Assembly: GCA_045114235.1 (NCBI GenBank)
Contig: JBGUKB010000038.1
Location: forward strand, 971 to 64,970
Direction: 5' to 3'
From: Victivallales bacterium
GTDB taxonomy: Bacteria > Verrucomicrobiota > Lentisphaeria > Victivallales > UBA1829
DNA: 64,000 nt
Part shown: positions 17,693 through 24,682 of the stretch, piece by piece
Layout: each line of letters opens with the position of its first letter
Position numbering within the stretch: the first letter of the stretch is position 1
Notes under the pieces: generated by a model
Databases searched by the model: none
What the model was told of the DNA's origin: nothing
The model's input: the letters and a program-made list of their open reading frames with translations, nothing else
Made by a program: the position numbers and the translations under genes

Positions 17693-18375
17693 TTCTGTTT
17701 TGCCTGCCAGAGTGCGTCCGGGATGTCGGAATCGAACACGGAATCAGTGTAGACAAGCTCGGTCACGTCGCCGTTCTTCTCGGACGCGCGGACCTTGACG
17801 ATTTTTGTTTTTGTATCGTCAAGCGTGAGCTCGACTTCGGTGATGAGCGAGGCGGCGAAACGTTCGGAACGCGGTTTCAGGACGACCGTGCCGTCCTGTC
17901 CGGCGGCCGCCTCGAAATCCTTTTCCAGCGCCTTTACGTCGCCGGACGCGAACGCAGTCATGGCGTCGGAGAGCATTTCGAGCATCGGGTATTTGGAGAA
18001 CGGCACGGAGACGGTCTTGTCGGAGTCGGCGTCCCACTGCGTGAGCCTGCCGTTCGCGATGATGCAGGAGTATTGAAGCGGTTTTTCGACGTGCCAGGCG
18101 AAGCGCTTGCCGGGACGGTCGAGGCAGAGTTCGCCGTTCAGGACCATCGGCTTTTTGAACGCCTTCAGGTGCTTCGTCTGGACGAATTTCGTGCGGAGCG
18201 TTTTGAAATTCGCGATGTTCGCGAGCAGTTCCGCCGTGTCGGGGACGCCGGCCTTTGCTTCCGCTTTCTGCGGCTTCGATTCGGTCTGTGCGGCATCCTC
18301 CTCCGCGAAGGCGAAGGATGCGCAGACGGACAGAAGGAGCGCCGTCAGGATGCGAATCGCCGGGTTGAACGTCAT
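17689..18375 (-). CDS. LolA-like outer-membrane lipoprotein carrier family protein
   Basis: 228 aa from the ATG at 18375 (ATGA overlap). The signal peptide is MTFNPAIRILTALLLSVCASFAFA. The LolA-like pattern is LRTKFVQTKHLKAFKKPMVLNGELCLDRPGKRFAWHVEKP. The track ORF 17689..19530 over-extends. Confidence 0.8.
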   Translation of the reverse strand: MTFNPAIRILTALLLSVCASFAFAEEDAAQTESKPQKAEAKAGVPDTAELLANIANFKTLRTKFVQTKHLKAFKKPMVLNGELCLDRPGKRFAWHVEKPLQYSCIIANGRLTQWDADSDKTVSVPFSKYPMLEMLSDAMTAFASGDVKALEKDFEAAAGQDGTVVLKPRSERFAASLITEVELTLDDTKTKIVKVRASEKNGDVTELVYTDSVFDSDIPDALWQAKQK

Positions 18376-18857
18376 TTTTTCTCTTCGTAGTTGGTCAGGA
18401 AGAGTTTCAGCGTGCCCTTCGCGGCGGGCTTGCCGTTGAGGAACGCCTCGTACCCGATGCCGCGCCATTTGCCGAGGTCGTACTGGACGTTGATGACGAC
18501 GTCCACGGTGTCGCCGACGTGGGGGATGGCGGAGTATTCGGAGTCGACGACTTCGACCAGGAGCCCGCCGAAGGACTTGTCCTGGCGCTGGTAGGCGTCG
18601 AGAACGGCGGCGGTCTGCGCGGCGTATTCGATGAACGTTTCCGCGCCGGTGGAGCCGTCGGCGGCCGCCAGCGGATGGTCGGGATGCACCACGGAGGACG
18701 TCTTGCCGCCCTGGTCCCATTCCTCGACGATCGTGTCGATCAGCGCGAAGGGCTCGCCGTGCGGAAGCAGTCCGGCGGCGGGGTAGGGCAGTCTGGCGCG
18801 CAGTTCCTCGTGATTGAGGACCGGCTTGTTGGATTTCGGAGTTTCGGATTCGGCCAT
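18372..18857 (-). CDS. Hotdog-fold dehydratase-like protein (DH-2)
   Basis: 161 aa with LLPHGEPFALIDTIVE, typical of FabA/FabZ-like partners in aryl-polyene clusters. Confidence 0.7.
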   Translation of the reverse strand: MAESETPKSNKPVLNHEELRARLPYPAAGLLPHGEPFALIDTIVEEWDQGGKTSSVVHPDHPLAAADGSTGAETFIEYAAQTAAVLDAYQRQDKSFGGLLVEVVDSEYSAIPHVGDTVDVVINVQYDLGKWRGIGYEAFLNGKPAAKGTLKLFLTNYEEKK

Positions 18858-18893
18858 GATGAATGAATTCCTTCTGAAACGGTATGTGAATGT

Positions 18894-19685
18894 TTAAGCT
18901 GATTTTGCGGATGTGAGGCAGAACGGATAGCGACGTTCCTGTTTCCACGCGTCGATCTCGCGGTCGAGCGCGGCGGTCTCCTCTTCGAGGATGCGGTGGA
19001 CTTCCCGCTGGATGCGGAAATGCGGCTCGGATGCGATGCGTTCCTGCGGGATCGGCTTCAGGACGCGCATGATGACGCGGCTGGGGCGCATGCGGAACGA
19101 ACGGTCCGGGCTGGATTCGTTGCCCGCGATGGCGACCGGGATCAGCGGCGCGCCGAGCTCCTTCGCGGCGCGGAAGAACGCGCTGTGGAACGGCGCCATG
19201 GTGCGCGAGCCGGAGCGCGTACCCTCCGGGAAGACGTAGATGGTGCCGGAATTGCTCAGCGCGCGGCGGGTCTGCTCCACGATCTCCTCGTAGGTGAGGT
19301 TGTTCACGTCGATGAAGCCGCCCATGCGCGCGAAGACGCCGAAGAACGGCATGTGCAGCGCCCAGCCCTTCGCGGCGGCCATTGCGGCGCCCGCGGCGGG
19401 GATGATCGAGACCAGGAAGGGGTCGGACGACGAACGGTGGTTCACGACGAAGATGCCGTGGTTTGCGCCGCCGGAGAAGTCGTCGAGGCGGACCGGGATA
19501 TACACGCTGTACCAGCAGCGGATCATGCATCGGCCGAACGTGCGGATGAACTTCAGGACCGCGACGTTGAACGGTCTGCCGGTGAGGAGACAGAATATCC
19601 CCGCGACCAGAAAAAACGGCGAGGCCAGAATGCAGTAGAGAGCGATGCAGACGACCATGTGCGTGTAGACGATCAGGGAAAACAT
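18894..19685 (-). CDS. PlsC-family 1-acyl-sn-glycerol-3-phosphate (lysophospholipid) acyltransferase
   Basis: It has the HX4D motif VVNHRSSSDP and the FPEGTRS motif, plus an N-terminal membrane anchor. Confidence 0.85.
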   Translation of the reverse strand: MFSLIVYTHMVVCIALYCILASPFFLVAGIFCLLTGRPFNVAVLKFIRTFGRCMIRCWYSVYIPVRLDDFSGGANHGIFVVNHRSSSDPFLVSIIPAAGAAMAAAKGWALHMPFFGVFARMGGFIDVNNLTYEEIVEQTRRALSNSGTIYVFPEGTRSGSRTMAPFHSAFFRAAKELGAPLIPVAIAGNESSPDRSFRMRPSRVIMRVLKPIPQERIASEPHFRIQREVHRILEEETAALDREIDAWKQERRYPFCLTSAKSA

Positions 19686-19734
19686 CTCCGGCTCCTGTTG
19701 ATGGACGGCAATACGGGAAGACAGGCGAGGTTGT

Positions 19735-20064
19735 TTATTCGGATTTCTGCTGTGCGGCTTCCTGCGCCGCCTGTGCGGCGGCGGCCTTCGCGGCCTCGGC
19801 CTGCGCGGTAAGCATCGCCTGGTTCTTCTCGAAGAAGTCGTAGACGTCTCCGAGCGTGCGGACCTGCTTGATCTCCTCGTTGTCGCGGAGCGAGATGCCG
19901 AATTTGCGCTGAAGCCCGATCATCAGGTCGACCATGTCGAGGCTGTCCAGCCCGAGGTCGTCGAAGAAGGTCTTTTCAGGGGAAAGGTCGGCGGGGTCGA
20001 GTTCCATTTCGTTGACGAGTGCGCCGTTGACGGCTTCGATGATTTCGTCGCGTGTCAGATTCAT
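19735..20064 (-). CDS. Acyl carrier protein with an Ala/Gln-rich C-terminal tail
   Basis: The phosphopantetheine site is LGLDSLDMVDL. 109 aa, of which the last 30 aa or so (AQAEAAKAAAAQAAQEAAQQKSE) are low complexity. Confidence 0.88.
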   Translation of the reverse strand: MNLTRDEIIEAVNGALVNEMELDPADLSPEKTFFDDLGLDSLDMVDLMIGLQRKFGISLRDNEEIKQVRTLGDVYDFFEKNQAMLTAQAEAAKAAAAQAAQEAAQQKSE

Positions 20065-20088
20065 ATTCGGATCCTCCGGGGAAGGTTG

Positions 20089-21306
20089 TTATACGTTGAG
20101 CTTGCAGATCAGGGATGCGTTGATGCCCCCGAACGCAAAGGAGTTTTTGAAGAAGATGCGGATTCGTTTTTCGCGCGGGGCGGTCAGGTGGTCGATCCCG
20201 GCGCAGGCGGGGTCGATGTCGACGAGGTTGCGGGTCGGGATCAGGACGCCGTGCCGCGCCATTTCGAAGACCGCCGCCATTTCCAGCGGGCCGGACGCGC
20301 CGAGCGTGTGTCCGAGGTGCCCCTTGAGGCTGGAGACCGGGACGTTCGCGCCGAAGACCTCGCGGATGGCCGCGGCCTCGGCGGCGTCACCCTGGAGCGT
20401 GGACGTGGCGTGCGCGCTGATGTAGTCGATGTCGGCGGGATCGATCCCGCCGGACGCGCAGGTGTCCGCCATGCAGCGGGCGATGGCGGGCGCGTCGGAC
20501 TGGCTGAGGCCGTTTCCGCCGCTGTTCGAGGAGTACCCGACGATCTCGCCGTAGATCTTCGCGCCGCGCTTCACGGCGTGTTCGTATTCCTCCAGGCAGA
20601 AGACCGCCGCGCCTTCGCCGCAGACCAGCCCCTTGCGGTGTGCCGAGAACGGCTGCGAACTCTGCGTGGGGTCGTCTTCGACGGGCGCGTGGGCGTACAT
20701 CAGGGCGAACGAACCGGAGACTTCCGACCCGGTTTCGTCCGCGCCGCCGCAGAACATGACCGTCTCCTGTCCGGCGGCGATGAGCGCCGCGCCGAGCCCC
20801 ATGGACTGAAGCCCGGAGGCGCAGGCGGAACACGGCGAGTAGATCGCGCCGTTGAGCCCGAGCGTGCGTGCGAGGTTGAACGCCGTGGTGTGGGAGGCGG
20901 CTTTGAAGAAGTGCATCGGGGAGAGCCGGTCGCTCTGCCCGGAAATGACCAGCGCGTAGCCTTCACGCAGGGTGCTGACGGAGCCCATGGTGGATCCGAC
21001 GGCGCATCCGGCGCTCAGAGAGAGCAGTTCGTCCTGCGTGAGCCCGGAATCCTGCATGGCGGCAAGCCCTGCCATCGCGGTGAAGCAGGCCGCCGGAGCC
21101 ATGGAGCGGCGGATCGTGCGAGGCAGGACGCGGAAACGTTCGGGATCGCGCGGAGCGGGCGCGGTCGGCAGGAAATTCTCCTCTTCTCCGGCGCGTACGA
21201 CGGCGCTTTTGCCCGCGGCGAGGTTGTCGAAGAGTTCGCCGGGCGTGAATCCGAGCGCGCTGTAGATGCCGCTGCCCGTGATGACGACGCGTTTGAGTCC
21301 GTTCAT
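20089..21306 (-). CDS. FabF-like beta-ketoacyl-ACP synthase (KS-C)
   Basis: The KS motifs are YSPCSACASGLQS, ISAHATST and GHLGHTLGASG. 405 aa. Confidence 0.9.
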   Translation of the reverse strand: MNGLKRVVITGSGIYSALGFTPGELFDNLAAGKSAVVRAGEEENFLPTAPAPRDPERFRVLPRTIRRSMAPAACFTAMAGLAAMQDSGLTQDELLSLSAGCAVGSTMGSVSTLREGYALVISGQSDRLSPMHFFKAASHTTAFNLARTLGLNGAIYSPCSACASGLQSMGLGAALIAAGQETVMFCGGADETGSEVSGSFALMYAHAPVEDDPTQSSQPFSAHRKGLVCGEGAAVFCLEEYEHAVKRGAKIYGEIVGYSSNSGGNGLSQSDAPAIARCMADTCASGGIDPADIDYISAHATSTLQGDAAEAAAIREVFGANVPVSSLKGHLGHTLGASGPLEMAAVFEMARHGVLIPTRNLVDIDPACAGIDHLTAPREKRIRIFFKNSFAFGGINASLICKLNV

Positions 21307-21334
21307 GCGCGCCTCCTGTCGGTGTAGAAAGAGT

Positions 21335-22063
21335 TCAGCATACCAGACCTCCGTTCACGCCGATGACCTGCCCGGTGATGTACTCCGAATACGGCCCTGC
21401 GAGGAAAGAAACGACTGCCGCGACTTCCTCCGGCGTGCCTTTGCGTCCGAGCGGGATCAGCGGCAGGATCTTGGTCATGTCGAGGTCGCGCGTCATTTCC
21501 GTGTCGATGACGCCGGGCGCGACCGCGTTCACGAGGATGTTCCTGCGTCCGAGCTCTCCGGCGAGCGCCTTCACAGCGCCGATGAGGCCGGCTTTCGCGG
21601 CGGAGTAATTGACCTGGCCCGGACGGCCGACCTGGCCGGACGCACTGCTGATGACGATGATGCGGCCCCTCTTCGCGGAGATGAGCGGCTGGACCAGCGG
21701 CTGGACGCAGTTGTAGAACCCGTCGAGTCCCGTCCGGATCACGTCGTCCCACTCCGCCGAGGTCATCCAGGCGAAAAGATCGTCGCGGGAGATGCCGGCG
21801 TTGTAGACGACCGCATAGGGCGGCTTGTCGGCGAAAAGCTCCGTGATGACGCGGATGCTTTCCGCCCGGTCGGTCACGTCGAGCGAGACCGGAAGGAAGG
21901 AGCGTCCGAGCGCCTCGACCTGTGCGCGCAGGCCGTCGAGACGCGCCGTGTCGCCGCGGCAGGTCGCCGCGACGTCGAAGCCGTCCTGGGCCAGACGCAA
22001 TGCGGTCGCATACCCGATCCCGCGGGACGCGCCGATGATGAATGCGAGACGATCCGATGCCAT
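21335..22063 (-). CDS. fabG: 3-oxoacyl-ACP reductase (SDR)
   Basis: The SDR motifs are IIGASRGIGYA, NAGI and YSAAKAG. This is the first gene of the cluster. Confidence 0.9.
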   Translation of the reverse strand: MASDRLAFIIGASRGIGYATALRLAQDGFDVAATCRGDTARLDGLRAQVEALGRSFLPVSLDVTDRAESIRVITELFADKPPYAVVYNAGISRDDLFAWMTSAEWDDVIRTGLDGFYNCVQPLVQPLISAKRGRIIVISSASGQVGRPGQVNYSAAKAGLIGAVKALAGELGRRNILVNAVAPGVIDTEMTRDLDMTKILPLIPLGRKGTPEEVAAVVSFLAGPYSEYITGQVIGVNGGLVC

Positions 22064-22240
22064 AAAACCGAAGCAAGCTCCTGAGAACGTGGGAGTAAAA
22101 AATTGATGATGTGCCGGCGCAGTGTGCGTGCGCCGCGTCTTTATCTATATACTGTAACACTCTTTTTGCTTTTTTCAACCGGAAGACGCGGAATCTTTTG
22201 CGCCTTTTTGCAGGAAACGAACAGAAAATGTGCTGAAAAA

Positions 22241-22274
22241 AGCAGAAATAAAACCCCGGATTTATTCCACGGGG
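22241..22274 (-). terminator. Possible terminator overlapping the yraN stop
   Basis: A CCCCG...CGGGG hairpin (22254-22274) is followed on the minus strand by UUUUAUUUCUGCUUUUUU. Confidence 0.4.
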
Positions 22275-22783
22275 AAGAACATGGACTGCGTGGCGGCGTT
22301 CGTCCTGCGGCGGAAGACGCGGCCGGGAATGCCCTGTTTCGAGTAGGTCGGGCGGCCCATGAAATTGACGTGATGCCGGATGGCGAGCGGACCGAACGGG
22401 CCGCGCAGGATTTCGACGAGGTCGAACCGGTAACGGCGGTTCGCGGCGGCGTCGCCGAGGTCGTGCAGGAACGAGACCGCGGCGCGGAAGTTGCGGCGTT
22501 TCTGGGCGTCGGAGAGCTCGCGCCACGGTTCGGGGCGTCTGCCGAACTGGCGCAGGTGGCAGTAGCGCGTCTTCACCTCGACGAACACGAACGCCGCGCC
22601 GTCGAGGCAGACCAGGTCGAGTTCGCCGAATGGCGTGCGGCAGTCGCGCAGCAGGACGGTATATCCCAGCTGCGCGAGCAACCGTGACGCGTCGCGTTCT
22701 CCGGCCGCGCCGAGCCGTTTCCGCCAGGAGCGTTTCCGGGCGGACTGCCGGGGCGCGGATGCTCCTGTTACGTCGTCAGGCAT
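22262..22783 (-). CDS. yraN: YraN-family (UPF0102) endonuclease-like protein
   Basis: It has the GELDLVCLDGAAFVFVEVKTR core and basic N- and C-terminal extensions. The start overlaps the upstream gene by 8 nt. Confidence 0.75.
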   Translation of the reverse strand: MPDDVTGASAPRQSARKRSWRKRLGAAGERDASRLLAQLGYTVLLRDCRTPFGELDLVCLDGAAFVFVEVKTRYCHLRQFGRRPEPWRELSDAQKRRNFRAAVSFLHDLGDAAANRRYRFDLVEILRGPFGPLAIRHHVNFMGRPTYSKQGIPGRVFRRRTNAATQSMFFPVE

Positions 22784-23111
22784 CTTTCGGGTGGCGCTTG
22801 AACAGCCCCCAGAGGTCGTCGCCGATGAAGAACGTGCCGAGCGTGTCGAATCCGCCCGTGAACCGGCTGAGAAGGACCGCCGCGACCTCGTTGAAATCGC
22901 GGGACGGGAGCCTGGAGAACACGAACTTCGCGGCTGAGTCGTCCTCTTCTGCGGGGCATTCGTTGAACACGAAGAGGATCTGGCGGCCGATGGGGCAGAC
23001 CCCGGTGAAACGAACCGGTTTCAGGCGGTGCGCCGCCTTTTCTAGCGCCTTGCCCGCGGCTTCCTCGTCGAACAGGATGTCGTCTTCGCTGAGCGGTACG
23101 ATCTTGATCAT
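22776..23111 (-). CDS. Hypothetical protein (111 aa)
   Basis: MIKIVPLSEDDILFDEEAAGKALE... No family was recognised. There is an ATGA overlap with the upstream pyrophosphorylase and an 8-nt overlap with yraN. The track ORF 22776..23516 over-extends. Confidence 0.55.
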   Translation of the reverse strand: MIKIVPLSEDDILFDEEAAGKALEKAAHRLKPVRFTGVCPIGRQILFVFNECPAEEDDSAAKFVFSRLPSRDFNEVAAVLLSRFTGGFDTLGTFFIGDDLWGLFKRHPKDA

Positions 23112-24535
23112 TTTCCGAACGCCCTCGTCTGGCCGGGTTGAATGGGTTCCGTCACGGGATTCGCGCGGAAATATTCCACCGCGTCGGCGTCGTCGACAAC
23201 GCAGCGGGGCGAGATCTCGACGAGCGCGGCGGGCGCGCCGTCCGCGTTGCGCGGGACCTGGATCCCGGCAAGGGTGAGGCGGCGCGCGTCGCGTTCCACG
23301 AGCATGGCGCGGCAGGATTCGGCGGAGTCGACGCCGGTGGCGTTCTTGGTCGGGCCGAACATCTCCTTGCGGGAGCCCTCCACCACGATGGCGCGTTCGG
23401 CCATCGGGAGCGCGTCGAAGATGAACGATTCGAGTTTGACCGCGTTCGTGGCATCCGGTTTCACGACCGTGCCGTCCGCGGCGAGGTACGGGACCTTCTT
23501 GTCCGCGCGGTGCCACGGCAGCTTCAGCGTGCCGTCCTGCGTGAGCGATTCGACGAACGAGCGGCTGATGATGTGGATGGCGGGGCTGCCGGAGAGGAAC
23601 GCCAGCGTGCCGTCCGGGTTGAGGCGTTCGGCGAGCTCCAGCGGCATGTCGCTATATTCGATCACGTGCAGGCGGCCGCCGGAGAGGCAGAAATTGCCAA
23701 GCTTTTCGGTCGGGCAGGTCTTCGGCAGCATGCGGCTGCTGATCTGCGAGCCTTCGAGGATGTGCAGGCCGATGAACAGCGGATCGGCGATCGGGACCAG
23801 CGGATTGTCCACCTGGAAATACGAGAGGTACTCCACGCCGTCGGCGGCCATGCGGTCGAGGCAGCCGGACGCCCGGAGCGCCAGCAGCGTGCCGCCGTGC
23901 CCGTTCGGGGAGAGCGCGAGGGAATCCTTCGCGCCGATGATGAGCTTGCCGTCAAGCCCGATGGCGGGCATGGTGCCCTGCACGAAGAAGCGGACCTGGC
24001 CGTCGGCGAGCCCGAAGAACTTGTTTTTCTCGAAGAATTCCTTCGTCGGGGCGGCGTTCAGCTCGCTGCACATGATGTACCAGGTGAGCGGCGCGCCGTA
24101 TTTTTCCGAGATGCGGCCGATGGATTCGGCGAAATACTGGAAGAGCGTCTTGTGCAGGACGGGCGTGATCGGGTAGGTGCCCTTCGGACCGTCGAATCCG
24201 AGGCGCGTGCCCTGTCCGCCCGCGACCGTGAGCGCCGCCACTTTGCCCGCGCGGAGGACTTCTACGCCCTTCGCGATCGCCTCGGCGTACAGCTTTTCCT
24301 GTTCGGCGGTCTTCGCCGGGAACGGGAAGAACGGGGCGGGCGCGAGGTCGGCGGGGATAGCGGTCTCCGGGCGCTTGAGGACGTATCCGGCGATGAGGCC
24401 GGGGAGCGCTTCCCAGTCGATCACGCTGAACTGGGCTTCGAGTTTGGCCTGCGCCGCTGCGTCGGCGGCGTCGTAGTGCGCGAGCAGATGCGCCTGTCCG
24501 GCGGCTTCGATACGTTTCCTGAGTGCTTCCTGCAT
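23108..24535 (-). CDS. UDP-N-acetylhexosamine/UDP-sugar pyrophosphorylase, eukaryotic UAP1/AGX type
   Basis: The motifs are LTVAGGQGTRLGFDGPKGTYPI, LSPNGHGG and YFQVDNPLV. The start was set to the ATG at 24535 (MQEALRKRIEAAG), which has AGGAGGAAAACC upstream. Confidence 0.8.
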   Translation of the reverse strand: MQEALRKRIEAAGQAHLLAHYDAADAAAQAKLEAQFSVIDWEALPGLIAGYVLKRPETAIPADLAPAPFFPFPAKTAEQEKLYAEAIAKGVEVLRAGKVAALTVAGGQGTRLGFDGPKGTYPITPVLHKTLFQYFAESIGRISEKYGAPLTWYIMCSELNAAPTKEFFEKNKFFGLADGQVRFFVQGTMPAIGLDGKLIIGAKDSLALSPNGHGGTLLALRASGCLDRMAADGVEYLSYFQVDNPLVPIADPLFIGLHILEGSQISSRMLPKTCPTEKLGNFCLSGGRLHVIEYSDMPLELAERLNPDGTLAFLSGSPAIHIISRSFVESLTQDGTLKLPWHRADKKVPYLAADGTVVKPDATNAVKLESFIFDALPMAERAIVVEGSRKEMFGPTKNATGVDSAESCRAMLVERDARRLTLAGIQVPRNADGAPAALVEISPRCVVDDADAVEYFRANPVTEPIQPGQTRAFGK

Positions 24536-24593
24536 GGTTTTCCTCCTGAAAAATAAGTTTGTCTTGTTGCCGTTCGGGATTAATATACATCCT

Positions 24594-24633
24594 GAATCCG
24601 CAACAATCAAACGCATGCACGCATTTTTGCGGG
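24594..24633. repeat. Copy 1 of a 40-nt intergenic hairpin-capable element
   Basis: Sequence GAATCCGCAACAATCAAACGC-atgcacgc-ATTTTTGCGGG. The 21-nt and 11-nt arms are identical to the copy at 53657-53696. CCGCAA...TTGCGG can pair. Confidence 0.7.
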
Positions 24634-24682
24634 GGACGGGATGGATCCGATCCCTGTTTGGGGTCAGGCTCCGGGCTGATCT

